The translations under genes were made by a program, and so were the position numbers. Positions 26,540 to 36,302 of a DNA stretch of 64,000 nucleotides are shown piece after piece (position 1 is the stretch's first letter; each line of letters starts with the position of its first letter). The stretch is from Bacillota bacterium (GTDB taxonomy: Bacteria; Bacillota; SHA-98; UBA4971): NCBI GenBank assembly GCA_014360195.1, contig JACIXY010000003.1, positions 17,100 to 81,099 of the forward strand, read 5' to 3'. A model generated the notes under the pieces. That model did not search any database. It was given only the letters and a program-made list of their open reading frames with translations, and was not told where the DNA came from.

Positions 26540-28573
26540 CTACTCTCTCACCGTCACGGAGGCGCCCTCCACCGAGCCGGAAACGGCCGCCCCGCCATCG
26601 CCGGCAAGGGACACGTTCTCCAGCGAGATGCGGCAAACCCCCGGGGCTTTCGCACGAAAACTGATGGTCGCGAGGATGCCTGTCACATCCCGCGCCTTTC
26701 CGAACCGACCCAGAACGCCCTTCACAACACCCTGCGAGTTATCGATCACCCCCTCCCGCCAGTAAGCCATCCGGGTCTCCTCCACAAAAGCCGTCCCTCT
26801 GGACACAAAGACGGCTTCAACCACTGAAGGGTCGAAACGCACATCGAACCGCGCCTCCACGAGACCCGGGAGGTTTCTCCCGACGATATCGACTGTGAAG
26901 AACTCGCCCACGCGCCGCGGCAGAGCCGGCGCATCCACAATCACCCTCAAGGGAAGCTCCGGAACACGCACGCGTCCGGTCGCGAACCTCTCGTCCGTGC
27001 TGCGCGACTCAACCTTCACCACGTAATCGAAATCCCCCGCTTCGCCGGAGGGCACTATCTGCCACAGGACCCCGCACGTCTCACCAGGCGCCACCGTGCC
27101 GGGGAACCTTGATGCCTTCTCGCGCTCGGCAAGCCGGACCCCCTGGCCGAGAGCGAGCATCGTCTTCACGCCGTACGCAGGTGCGCCGCCGACATTCTCA
27201 ACAAACGCTTTCACCCCGAGCGGATAGGGATCGAACCCGTCGTCCTTCACCCCGAACCCTGACGGCGCCTCCACTCGCACCAGCAGCCTCGGCGGGGCCA
27301 GCACCCTGACCGCCCGCCTTACCCGGTTGGGCTCGGCGTTCTCGGCCTCCACCGCCACCGAGTACTCCAGATCCGCCTGGTCGCGCACCTCGGGCGCAAC
27401 CTCCCAGGCCACCTGCGCCGTTTCGCCAGTATCGAGGTCGCCGAGCACGCGGGTGGCCTGTTCCCCGGGAACGAGCGTAAGCCCCGGCGGCAGTTCGATG
27501 GTTACACGGACGCCCAGCGCCACCGTGGGGCCGGAGTTCTCCACGTACGCTATCACAGGGAAGGTGGCCGGCCTGTCCTTGCCGCACGTGACCTCGGCGG
27601 GAGATGTTACCCCTATCGACAGCACACCGGGCGCAATACTGATGCCACCCATCCCATAAAGCGTGGTGTATTCCCTCGAGTCTCCCGGAGCCAGAGGTGC
27701 CGGATCCCAGTACAGCGCGATCGCGCTGTCAAGCTCGTACTCGCCCGCTCTGGTGAAGTCACGGCCGGGTGAGAAATCGGCGTCCCAGACCCCGTCGGCG
27801 AGGCTCCCCCAGTTCGTGAAGAGCACGCGGTCCGGCACGGTGACCTCAGGCCCGGCAAGCGTCCCCTGGCTCGTCACCGATGGGCTGGAGAGGGAATCAA
27901 ACGCCTGCCAGAAGTGCGGCATCTCGCGGGACCCGAACACAGTGTCAGAAACGATCGCCTTGTCCTTCGCGCGAAACGGCGCCCCGTCGTTTGCCCCGAG
28001 CATCGTGTCCAGCATTATGCGAAGCCCCACACTGTGCGGATTCGAGCCATAGTTCGTGGCTATGTACGTGATCTTCGCCGTGTCGAAAAGCCCCGTGGTG
28101 GTACTCCTCACGATGGAAAGCACCTGGGAAACCTCGATATCGCCGAACCTCCACGTCGCAACGATGTTGCCGCCGGAGAGCGTCGGCCCGAGCACCTCTA
28201 CGCCGTAGCTTCCATCCTTGCCTGCGCGGCGCTGGGTCCTCCCGCCGAAAACGTAATCCGCACCGTCCACTCTCACGGTGGTGTACGATGTCCATGGGCA
28301 TGGACGGCCGTATACGAGGGGCTTGTCGTCATCAGCCGGGTTAAGCGGGTCACCCCCCGTTGAGTCCACGGCGAATCTCGCGGTACCGTCGTCGGTCGCG
28401 TTCACGAACACCTTTATGTACTGGTTGCGTATCTCAAGGTTGGGGTTCGTCCCCTCGGCCTGCAGCGCGGCCGGACCCAGCGTGGGGAGGCCCCACGCGC
28501 AGGCAATAGCCGCTACCGTAAGCACGAGGAGAAGCGCGCACCGCCTGGTCCGCCTGGTCTTCCAACAGGTCAC
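26540..28573 (-). CDS. Large secreted protein with Ig/CARDB-like middle repeats and a C-terminal cohesin-like domain
   Basis: Signal peptide (RRCALLLVLTVAAIACAWG). Repeated beta-sandwich-like segments (VTIELPPGLTLVPGEQATRVLGDLDTGETAQVAWEV). C-terminal cohesin-like segment (VEARFDVRFDPSVVEAV...ISFRAKAPGVCRISLENV). GTG 28573 has GGGAGGG 7 nt upstream. Confidence 0.7.
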   Translation of the reverse strand: MTCWKTRRTRRCALLLVLTVAAIACAWGLPTLGPAALQAEGTNPNLEIRNQYIKVFVNATDDGTARFAVDSTGGDPLNPADDDKPLVYGRPCPWTSYTTVRVDGADYVFGGRTQRRAGKDGSYGVEVLGPTLSGGNIVATWRFGDIEVSQVLSIVRSTTTGLFDTAKITYIATNYGSNPHSVGLRIMLDTMLGANDGAPFRAKDKAIVSDTVFGSREMPHFWQAFDSLSSPSVTSQGTLAGPEVTVPDRVLFTNWGSLADGVWDADFSPGRDFTRAGEYELDSAIALYWDPAPLAPGDSREYTTLYGMGGISIAPGVLSIGVTSPAEVTCGKDRPATFPVIAYVENSGPTVALGVRVTIELPPGLTLVPGEQATRVLGDLDTGETAQVAWEVAPEVRDQADLEYSVAVEAENAEPNRVRRAVRVLAPPRLLVRVEAPSGFGVKDDGFDPYPLGVKAFVENVGGAPAYGVKTMLALGQGVRLAEREKASRFPGTVAPGETCGVLWQIVPSGEAGDFDYVVKVESRSTDERFATGRVRVPELPLRVIVDAPALPRRVGEFFTVDIVGRNLPGLVEARFDVRFDPSVVEAVFVSRGTAFVEETRMAYWREGVIDNSQGVVKGVLGRFGKARDVTGILATISFRAKAPGVCRISLENVSLAGDGGAAVSGSVEGASVTVRE

Positions 28574-28596
28574 TTCTTAGCCCTCCCATGTGACTT

Positions 28597-28620
28597 GGAA
28601 ACGCACTCGGAAACGCACTC
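28597..28620. repeat. Tandem 12-bp direct repeat GGAAACGCACTC x2 in the leader of the cohesin-domain gene
   Basis: Two perfect adjacent copies, 24-47 nt upstream of the GTG start (minus-strand reading GAGTGCGTTTCC x2). Confidence 0.8.
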
Positions 28621-28683
28621 ACGTCTCGAGCCCGAGCCCCCGCGCCACCGCAGGCGCCGGGCGAATCCACCGTAAGCCCACAC

Positions 28684-29814
28684 TCAGTCCCCGAGGACCT
28701 TGACGCCCCCAAAGGCGAGCTCCACCGACCCCTTTCGGAACGTCACTCGGACCGACAACTCGTACGGCCATCCGATGGCCTGGAAATGCCAGCCCCGGGA
28801 TACCGCGCGCATGGCCGCCTCGTCAAGGCGCGGGTCTCCGGACCCCGCCGTCACGACGACCTTCGTGGCAGTGCCAAGCGCGTTAACAGCCACAGATAGC
28901 GAGACGACGCCCTCTACCCCTTCGTTCTGGGCGTTCTTGGGGTAGACCGGCGGAACGCCCGACAGAACCAGAGCGCGCCCTGTGCCGAACTCCTCCCCCT
29001 TGGGCTTCGGCGGCGCGGCAGGAGCAGCGGCCTTATCCGGCCCAGCAGGTTCTGAGGGCTCGGCAGGCCCGGCCGTCGTCTGTCCTGCCCCCTCGCCTGT
29101 GGACTCGCCTGCGCCTGTGGCCGCACCGCTCGCCGAGGCCGTCCCTGGCGCGGCAGGCCCCCCTCCTCCCGCCGCACCAACCGGCGGGGCCGGGACGGTC
29201 TCTTCGGACTTGCCGGTGAGCACGTTCTCGTTCGTCGTGTCAGCTGTAGCGGTACCTGTCCCTTCCTCCGTGTCCGCACCGGCGGTTTCGGATTCCGCGG
29301 AGGCGGGCGTGCTGGTGGGGGGCCTGTTCTCAGCTTGAGCGTCCGCCGCATGTTCGCCTGAAGCGGCCCCGGGCTTGGGAGGTTGCTGCTTCTCCTGCGA
29401 ATCGATTACCTGCACCTTCTCAGGTGCAGGCGCCTGCTGCTTCGGCTTCGCGGCAGGCTTGGGCGACGGGGCAGATGTGGGTCTCGGCTCGGGTGCCGGC
29501 TTCGGTTCAGGTTTGGGTGCCGGCTTCGGTTCAGGTTTGGGTGCCGGCTTGACGGCCACCTGTGTCTCCGGCGCGTCTCCCTGGACGGCCGGCGAAGCCT
29601 GCTTCGTTTCCGGCAGGGGTGCGGCGGCCACGTCGCCATCTGGACTCCCTGCCTTGGGCGACTCGAACGCGTGCTCGATCTCGCCGAACTCCACAGGGTA
29701 AATCACGACCCTGCCTGGATTCGCCACCGGTACGAGCAGTATCACGGCAGCGTGAACCAGGAGCGAAACCAGGACCGCAAGCCCCATCCTCGACCTTCCG
29801 CTGTCACGCTCCAT
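28684..29814 (-). CDS. tonB: TonB-family energy transducer with a very long Pro/Ala-rich spacer
   Basis: N-terminal TM helix (LAVLVSLLVHAAVILLV), KPAPKPEPKPAPKPEPKPAPEP repeats, and a C-terminal TonB domain (PVYPKNAQNEGVEGVVSLSVAV...G..TKVVVTAGSGDPRLDEAAMRAV). Confidence 0.8.
   Translation of the reverse strand: MERDSGRSRMGLAVLVSLLVHAAVILLVPVANPGRVVIYPVEFGEIEHAFESPKAGSPDGDVAAAPLPETKQASPAVQGDAPETQVAVKPAPKPEPKPAPKPEPKPAPEPRPTSAPSPKPAAKPKQQAPAPEKVQVIDSQEKQQPPKPGAASGEHAADAQAENRPPTSTPASAESETAGADTEEGTGTATADTTNENVLTGKSEETVPAPPVGAAGGGGPAAPGTASASGAATGAGESTGEGAGQTTAGPAEPSEPAGPDKAAAPAAPPKPKGEEFGTGRALVLSGVPPVYPKNAQNEGVEGVVSLSVAVNALGTATKVVVTAGSGDPRLDEAAMRAVSRGWHFQAIGWPYELSVRVTFRKGSVELAFGGVKVLGD
29491..29551. 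repeat. 24-bp tandem repeat (about 2.5 units) inside tonB, encoding the KPEPKPAP spacer
   Basis: GGGTGCCGGCTTCGGTTCAGGTTT at 29491-29514 and 29515-29538, plus a partial third unit. Confidence 0.9.
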
Positions 29815-29866
29815 CTACGCCACCGTCCTTTCCCTCCAGGCCGCTTCTGCTCATCCGCTCCCGTTG

Positions 29867-30280
29867 CTATCTTTCCGCTGGCTTTCTATCCGCAGCAAGC
29901 GCAAGTCGGGTTGCTCCCGCAAGCCTTGCAGCATCCATGACCTCAACGAGCCTGGAATACCTCGTAGCGCTATCAGCCCTGATTATCACGATCTGGCTCG
30001 GATTCTCCTGCACGCTTTTCTTGATGTCGTATCTCAGCCCTTCCAGAGTAATCCTGCGGTTGTTCAGGTACACGTCGCCTGCCCTGTCTATCACCACGAT
30101 GATCCCTGCGGACTCCTGCGGGGTCGCCGTTACAGCCCTGGGCAGTTTGATGGCAAGGCCTGCGGGGTTCGTGCGAAACGTGGTGAACAGCATGAAGAAC
30201 GCGATGAGGAACGTCATCACGTCCACCATCGGAAGGATCTCAACTCGAGGCCTTTTGCGGTTGTTTCTGCGAAAGTTCAC
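29867..30280 (-). CDS. exbD: ExbD/TolR family protein
   Basis: MNFRRNNRKRPRVEILPMVDVMTFLIAFFMLF N-terminus and a periplasmic domain typical of ExbD/TolR. Confidence 0.85.
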   Translation of the reverse strand: MNFRRNNRKRPRVEILPMVDVMTFLIAFFMLFTTFRTNPAGLAIKLPRAVTATPQESAGIIVVIDRAGDVYLNNRRITLEGLRYDIKKSVQENPSQIVIIRADSATRYSRLVEVMDAARLAGATRLALAADRKPAER

Positions 30281-30908
30281 CCTCGCTCACCCTTTCCGAC
30301 AGCAGGTTCACAAGGCTCGACCCAAACTCGCTCATCTCGACGAGCCTCTTATCTATCAGCCCCGTGATGTACACATGGAGGATAAACGCCGGGACGGCGA
30401 TGATAAGTCCTGCGGCCGTTGTGATGAGAGCCTCGGCTATGCCGGCGGAGAGCGCCCCCGCCTCGAGCACCTGAGGAGTCTGGGCAAGGATCTGGAAGTT
30501 CTTGATGAGCCCCAGCACCGTGCCGAGCAGCCCTAGGAGCGGCGCCACCGTCACTATCATGTCCAGGACGGGAAGGTGGCTCTCAAGGAGGAAGGCTTCA
30601 CGCTCTCCGACAGCCTTAACCTCCGCCTCGAGCTCGGCCCTGGGCCGGTTCGAGTTGGTGAGCGCCGCCGTAGCGAGCGCACCAATCTGCCCCCGCAACT
30701 GCTGCACTGCCGCGACGGCCTCAGCCATGCGGTCGCGATCGATAGCCACCGAGATAAGCCGCAAAGCCCGCTCGGGGTCCTGCGAGGTCCTGAGCATGTA
30801 CAGGATGCGTTCAAACGCTACGGCAAGCGCCAGAACTGAGCAGAGAAGAAGTGGGATCATCACCGGTCCGCCTTTGATGAGAACATCAACCATGTCGTGC
30901 TCCTCCAA
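30240..30908 (-). CDS. exbB: MotA/TolQ/ExbB proton-channel family protein
   Basis: Three TM helices with the conserved C-terminal block (LLGLLGTVLGLIKNF ... GIAEALITTAAGLIIAVPA). Confidence 0.88.
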   Translation of the reverse strand: MEEHDMVDVLIKGGPVMIPLLLCSVLALAVAFERILYMLRTSQDPERALRLISVAIDRDRMAEAVAAVQQLRGQIGALATAALTNSNRPRAELEAEVKAVGEREAFLLESHLPVLDMIVTVAPLLGLLGTVLGLIKNFQILAQTPQVLEAGALSAGIAEALITTAAGLIIAVPAFILHVYITGLIDKRLVEMSEFGSSLVNLLSERVSEGELSQKQPQKASS

Positions 30909-31028
30909 TCAGCTATGGGTCGCATGCTCATCGGAGGGTTTTTCGACATGAGGTTCCATACTTCCTTCCCGTATTCCAGAAACCTTGAGGTTTTTCCACA
31001 TAGAAGGCTTCTGCCATTTCATGGCACC

Positions 31029-31080
31029 ACAAAACGAGGCCGGGGGCGCGCCGCCTCGCCGCGGCGTATCCTCCCCGGCC
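31029..31080 (-). terminator. Rho-independent terminator after the ABC permease gene
   Basis: Minus strand reads GGCCGGGG-(27-nt GC-rich loop/inner stem)-CCCCGGCC followed by tcgTTTTGTGG. Confidence 0.6.
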
Positions 31081-31114
31081 GCCTTACTGACGTCTCATAC
31101 CACTAAAGGTCCCG

Positions 31115-32059
31115 CTATCCCTGCCGTTCGTAAGGGATACCGTCCGCCGCAGGCGGGACGGCCCTACCGATCACCCCTGCAAGCGCCGCCATGGTCAGGA
31201 TGTACGGCGCCATGAGCAGGAACTCTCTCGGGATTACCATAATGCCGAGGGTCTGCGAAAGGATCTGCAGCGCGTCGGCGAACCCGAAGAGCAGACAGGC
31301 AGCGAGCGACCCGAAGGGAGTCCATTTTCCGAATATCATGGCGGCGAGGGCGATGAACCCCCTACCACCCGTCATGTTCTCCTGGAACTGGCTTAAGAAG
31401 CCAACCGACAGCGACGCGCCCCCGAGGCCTGCCAGGACCCCACTTGCAAGAACGCACATGTACCGGATCTTGAAAACGTTTATCCCCACGGTCTCGGCGG
31501 CGCGGGGATGCTCCCCGACCGCCCTGATGCGAAGCCCGAGCGCCGTCCTGAAGAGCACGAAGTGGGACACTGCCACAGCAAGAAGCGCGATGTACACAAA
31601 CGGCGTGTGCTTCCCTATCATCGCCCCCAGGACCGGAACCTTCTCCAGAAGGGGAATGGTCCAGTCAGCCACCTTGGGAACTGGCGGGGACTGGCCCGCG
31701 TGCTGGAACACGCTTCGAAGCATGAACCCTGTGAATCCAAGCGCGAAAATGTTTATGGCGACTCCGCTTACGACCTGGTCTGCTCTGTACTTTATGGACA
31801 CCACGGCGTGTATCGCCGCAACCCCGACCCCGGCCACCATTGCGCCAAACACCCCAAGCCAGGGCATTCCGGTGAAGTGCGAGATGAGCATTGCTATGAA
31901 GGCCGCAACGAGCATGATGCCCTCGAGGGCGATGTTCACCACGCCCGACCGCTCCGAGAACACCCCGCCCAGCGAGGCCAGAATGAGGGGCGTCGCCATC
32001 CGGAGCGTGGACACCACGAGGGCTATGTAGACGGTGACGTCCGTAAGCCTATGCGCCAT
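31115..32059 (-). CDS. ABC transporter permease (BMP/nucleoside-type, second permease)
   Basis: Polytopic membrane protein of the type paired with BMP-family binding proteins. Overlaps the upstream permease stop by 11 nt. Confidence 0.88.
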   Translation of the reverse strand: MAHRLTDVTVYIALVVSTLRMATPLILASLGGVFSERSGVVNIALEGIMLVAAFIAMLISHFTGMPWLGVFGAMVAGVGVAAIHAVVSIKYRADQVVSGVAINIFALGFTGFMLRSVFQHAGQSPPVPKVADWTIPLLEKVPVLGAMIGKHTPFVYIALLAVAVSHFVLFRTALGLRIRAVGEHPRAAETVGINVFKIRYMCVLASGVLAGLGGASLSVGFLSQFQENMTGGRGFIALAAMIFGKWTPFGSLAACLLFGFADALQILSQTLGIMVIPREFLLMAPYILTMAALAGVIGRAVPPAADGIPYERQG

Positions 32060-33164
32060 GGTCGGCTCCCCCCTCCACGCCGTTCAGAGCCGCCTGCGCG
32101 GCTGCCGCTGGCGCCGCCTTCCGCCTGGGCGCGATGAACCGCCTTATGATCTCGTCCGCCGCCACAAACAGGACGATGGTTGCCTGCACGATGCCGATGA
32201 TCTCCTTAGGTATCCTCGCTATACTCTGCATGAGGATGGCTCCCCTCGCCAGAGTTCCGAAGAGGCAGGCCGCAGCAAGGACGCCGAGCGGGTGGTTCCT
32301 GCCGAGCAGTGCCACGGCTATGCCGTCGAACCCGTACCCGGTAAAGCTGAATATGTCGAGGAACTTGTACTGAAGCCCCAGCACCTGGACAGCACCTGCG
32401 GCCCCTGCCAGCCCTCCGCTTATGACCATGGCCAGCACGATGTTCCTGCGGACGCTGATGCCGCCGTAGCGCGCCGCCTCCGGGTTCTGGCCCACAGCCC
32501 GGATCTCGTACCCCAGCGTGGTCCGGAACAGAACGTAATACACCAGCCACACAGCGGCCACGGCCAAGACGACGCCCAGGTGCAGCCTGGTGGGCGGGAG
32601 GAACCTCCAGAGCCTTGCGGCGGGCGCAATCGTGGGCGTCACGGGAAGAGGGCCTGGCGCCTTGAGCGGCCCGATCACGAGGTAATGGCTGAGGTACAGC
32701 GCGATGTAGTTCATCATTATCGTATTGATGACCTCGTGCACCCCGAGCCTCGCCTTTAGATAGCCGGGCACGGCACCCCACGCGGCGCCCGCTGCCACGC
32801 CGGCCACGAGGGCGAGGGGCATGTGCACGAACGCGGGCAGGCCTGTAAGGGCGAAACCCACCCAGGCGGACGCCACCTGCCCCATGATGAGCTGGCCCTC
32901 GGCACCGATGTTAAAGAGCCCACACCTGAACGAAAACGCAACTGCAAGCCCGGTGAAGATCAGCGGGGTGACATTGATAAGGGTCTCCGCCAGGTTTCCG
33001 ACACCGCCGAAGGCCCCGCGCACGAGAGCGCTGTATGCAGCCACAGGGCTCTTGCCGCCCAGCTTCACCAGGACGGCCCCGAGCACGAGCGCGAGCGCCA
33101 CCGCCACGACCGGGATGAAAAGCTCCCTCGTCTCTTCACGTTGCAACAAGGTGCGCCGTTCCAT
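32049..33164 (-). CDS. ABC transporter permease (BMP/nucleoside-type, first permease)
   Basis: Polytopic membrane protein. Start is probably ATG 33164 (MERRTLLQ); the track ORF begins at 33206. Confidence 0.85.
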   Translation of the reverse strand: MERRTLLQREETRELFIPVVAVALALVLGAVLVKLGGKSPVAAYSALVRGAFGGVGNLAETLINVTPLIFTGLAVAFSFRCGLFNIGAEGQLIMGQVASAWVGFALTGLPAFVHMPLALVAGVAAGAAWGAVPGYLKARLGVHEVINTIMMNYIALYLSHYLVIGPLKAPGPLPVTPTIAPAARLWRFLPPTRLHLGVVLAVAAVWLVYYVLFRTTLGYEIRAVGQNPEAARYGGISVRRNIVLAMVISGGLAGAAGAVQVLGLQYKFLDIFSFTGYGFDGIAVALLGRNHPLGVLAAACLFGTLARGAILMQSIARIPKEIIGIVQATIVLFVAADEIIRRFIAPRRKAAPAAAAQAALNGVEGGADHGA

Positions 33165-34758
33165 GGGCCCCTTCGTGCCCTGCCCCGACTTTGGCATCGC
33201 GCTCACCTCCCGCTCTCATCCCCGCCTGCGCTTCCATTTCGGCATCGGCAGCAGGCCCACGGCGACCACCAGCCATCAGGAACCCTATCTCCTGTTCCGT
33301 GGCTTCCTCAGCTTTCATGCTGCCCACTATCCGCCCCTCGTAGAGCACCAGGATCCTATCCGAAAGCGACATGATCTCGTCAAGCTCCAGCGACACAAGG
33401 AGTATGGCCTTGCCTTCGTCGCGCTGGGACACAAGCCTCCTGTGCACAAACTCTATCGCCCCGACGTCGAGGCCCCTAGTGGGCTGGGACGCGATGAGAA
33501 GTCGAGGCCCCAGAGAAAGCTCCCTTGCCACTACCACCTTCTGCTGGTTCCCGCCGGAGAGGGCCCCAACCCGCACGTTCTCGCTCGGGGTACGAACGTC
33601 GAACTCCGAAATGAGCTTGCGCGCGTAACCCCGCACCGCCCGGAAATCCAGGTTGATCCCGCGCGCAAACGGCGGTCTGTGGTATCGCTCAAGAATGAGG
33701 TTCTCGGCGATAGAGAAGTTGAGGACGAGGCCACGCCGCTGGCGGTCCTCGGGGATATGACCCACGCCCTTCGTGATCACATCGCGGGGAGGCCTGTTCG
33801 TAATGTCGATGCCACCCACGGAGATGCGGCCCGAGCTCACCTTGCGGAGGCCCGTCAGCGCCTCCACCAGCTCACTCTGGCCGTTCCCCTCTATGCCTGC
33901 GATGCCTACGATCTCACCCGCCCTCACCTCGAAGGAGACGCCCCTCAGGGCAGGCAAGCCCCGTGCGCTCTTCACGTGGATGTCCTCAACCCGGAGGACC
34001 ACATCCCCGGTCCTGGCTGGCCCCTTTTCCACCGAAAGGACCACGTCGCGGCCCACCATCATCCGCGCGAGGTCCTCGGGCGTCGTCTCGCGTGTGGGAA
34101 CCGTGCCCACGACCTTGCCCCTTCGAAGGACCGTCACCCGGTCGCTTATGGCCATGACCTCTTTGAGCTTGTGGGTGATGAATATTATGGCCTTTCCCTG
34201 GCTTGCGAGGTTGCGCATGATCCCTGCGAGTTCGTCCACCTCTTGCGGCGTGAGGACCGCGGTGGGTTCGTCAAGGATGAGGACCTCCGCGCCGCGGTAC
34301 AGTGCCTTAAGGATCTCCACTCGTTGCTGCATCCCGACGGATATGTTCTCAACTCTAGCACCTGGGTCGACCGCAAGCCCATACTTTGCCGAAAGATCCT
34401 TCACGTCCCGCACCGCGCGGGCCATGTCAAGGACCCCGCCCGCGCCCACAGGCTCCGTGCCGAGCACTATGTTCTCAGCCACGGTAAAGGGCGGTATCAG
34501 CATGAAGTGCTGGTGTACCATGCCGAGGCCAAGCCTGATGGCGTCGTTGGGGTCCCGGATGCTCACGGGCTTGCCCCGGACCCGGATCTCGCCCCGGTCA
34601 GGCCTGTAAAGCCCGTAAAGGACGTTCATAAGAGTTGTCTTTCCAGCGCCGTTCTCGCCCAGAAGCGCCAGGATCTCCCCCGGGTACACGTCGATGCTGA
34701 CATTGTCGTTTGCGACAACCCCCGGGAACGTCACGGTGATACCGCGCATCTCAACCAC
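33136..34758 (-). CDS. ABC transporter ATP-binding protein, duplicated ATPase domains
   Basis: Two Walker A / signature sets (GENGAGKTT ... LILDEPT; SGGNQQKV). GTG 34758 follows GAGAGGG by 5 nt. Confidence 0.9.
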   Translation of the reverse strand: MVEMRGITVTFPGVVANDNVSIDVYPGEILALLGENGAGKTTLMNVLYGLYRPDRGEIRVRGKPVSIRDPNDAIRLGLGMVHQHFMLIPPFTVAENIVLGTEPVGAGGVLDMARAVRDVKDLSAKYGLAVDPGARVENISVGMQQRVEILKALYRGAEVLILDEPTAVLTPQEVDELAGIMRNLASQGKAIIFITHKLKEVMAISDRVTVLRRGKVVGTVPTRETTPEDLARMMVGRDVVLSVEKGPARTGDVVLRVEDIHVKSARGLPALRGVSFEVRAGEIVGIAGIEGNGQSELVEALTGLRKVSSGRISVGGIDITNRPPRDVITKGVGHIPEDRQRRGLVLNFSIAENLILERYHRPPFARGINLDFRAVRGYARKLISEFDVRTPSENVRVGALSGGNQQKVVVARELSLGPRLLIASQPTRGLDVGAIEFVHRRLVSQRDEGKAILLVSLELDEIMSLSDRILVLYEGRIVGSMKAEEATEQEIGFLMAGGRRGPAADAEMEAQAGMRAGGERDAKVGAGHEGAHGTAHLVAT

Positions 34759-34909
34759 GGGAGCCCTCTCACGCGCTGACAGCGAACATACCCCCTTTTC
34801 CAAAGGTGCCAGGGGCCGCCGCTTGCGCGAGCCGGCACCTGGCACCTTCCTGCCGGGCCCCGCTCATTGGGGACCACGTCACACTCCCGTATCTTCGCCG
34901 CCCCGCGGC

Positions 34910-35953
34910 TTACAGAGCAGGCGGCGTGAATGTCTCAAGTTCGACCCTGGTGGCGGGGATGACGAGTTCCCCGGCAACGATCTTCTCCTTGTAGGCGTTG
35001 ACCTTGTCCAGGACCTCCTGCGGCACGTGCTTCGAGGTCTCGTCGCATGGGCCGACACCGTCTTCCGCGAGGCCGTACACGTAGTGGGTTGCTTCGAAGG
35101 TACCGTCCTTCACCTTCGACGTAACATCGTAAACCGCCACGTCGACGCGCTTCATCATGCACGACATGACGTTGTCGGGCGCGAGGTGATGCTGACAGGA
35201 GTCCACACCCATGGCCCAGAACCCCTGGCCCTTCTCCTTCGCAGCTTCGATGACGCCTATGCCGCACGCGCCGGACGCGTGGTACACGATGTCTGCACCC
35301 TGGCTGAACTGCGCGAGGGCCACCTCCTTGCCCTTGGCCGGGTCGTCGAACTTCCCGGTGTAGCCGATGAGCACCTTTACGTCAGGGTTCACAGTGCGCA
35401 CTCCGGCCACATAACCTACCTCAAACCTCTCAATGACAGGCACATCCATACCGCCCACAAACCCGACGGTACCCGTCTTCGTCATGCTTGCTGCGATTAT
35501 CCCGAGGAGGTAGGAGCCCTCCTGTTCCTTGAAGGTGACGGAAGCGACGTTCGGCTGCTCCACCACGCTGTCGATTATACCGAACTTTAACTCAGGATAC
35601 TGCGGCGCCACGTTGTTCAGGGCATCGGTCATCAGGAAGCCGATGGCCCAGGTTATGTCGTACTCCTGGTCTGCGAGGCTGCGGAGGTTGGGTTCGTAGT
35701 CGTCCATTTTCTTGGACTCGACCACGTTTATCTCGGCGCCGAGCTCATTCTTGGCTCTCTCCAGGCCCCGATAAGCCGCGTCGTTGAATGACTGGTCTCC
35801 AAGGCCCCCGATGTCGGTCACCATGCCGGCCTTGAATGCCTGCTGGGCCTCCTCGGCCTGCTTCGCCGTGGGAAGCCCGCGAACTGCCACGTAAACCGCA
35901 GCAAGCACCACGATCACCGCAACCACCACGATCCAGGTGGTCCTCCTGGACAT
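34910..35953 (-). CDS. BMP-family (Med/PnrA-like) ABC substrate-binding protein
   Basis: DIGGLGDQSFNDAAYRGL and VGFVGGMDVPVI blocks typical of basic membrane protein / nucleoside-binding lipoproteins. ATG 35953 follows GGAGG by 10 nt. Confidence 0.88.
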   Translation of the reverse strand: MSRRTTWIVVVAVIVVLAAVYVAVRGLPTAKQAEEAQQAFKAGMVTDIGGLGDQSFNDAAYRGLERAKNELGAEINVVESKKMDDYEPNLRSLADQEYDITWAIGFLMTDALNNVAPQYPELKFGIIDSVVEQPNVASVTFKEQEGSYLLGIIAASMTKTGTVGFVGGMDVPVIERFEVGYVAGVRTVNPDVKVLIGYTGKFDDPAKGKEVALAQFSQGADIVYHASGACGIGVIEAAKEKGQGFWAMGVDSCQHHLAPDNVMSCMMKRVDVAVYDVTSKVKDGTFEATHYVYGLAEDGVGPCDETSKHVPQEVLDKVNAYKEKIVAGELVIPATRVELETFTPPAL

Positions 35954-36177
35954 ACTGAAAGCGCCTCCTTTCGCATTCAAGAAGCTACGCGAACGCTAGT
36001 CGAAGAGGGAACTGCCCACCGCATCCCTCCCTTCAAGCCGGGATAACGGGACCACGGGAAAACGTCTCCGGGCTGCGCTGGTTATGCCAGCCACGTTCCC
36101 AGAAAATATAAATTCTACGCTTCCCCCCGTTCCTCCTTCCCTGCGTCAAAAATCGTTGCCATAGCGCCTCCAGGTAC

Positions 36178-36217
36178 GGAAAGACCCGCCTCAACCTGCC
36201 GCCAGGTGAGGCGGGTC
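36178..36217 (-). terminator. Candidate terminator downstream of gdh
   Basis: Minus strand reads GACCCGCCTCA-(13 nt)-TGAGGCGGGTC followed by only TTTCC, a weak T-tract. Confidence 0.45.
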
Positions 36218-36302
36218 GGGCCTGCAACCGGTCCCGGCCTGGTCTTCCGGCACTGTCGCGCGGCCCCAGGACCCTTATGTGGCGAGGCTGCTTCCCTCCG
36301 GG

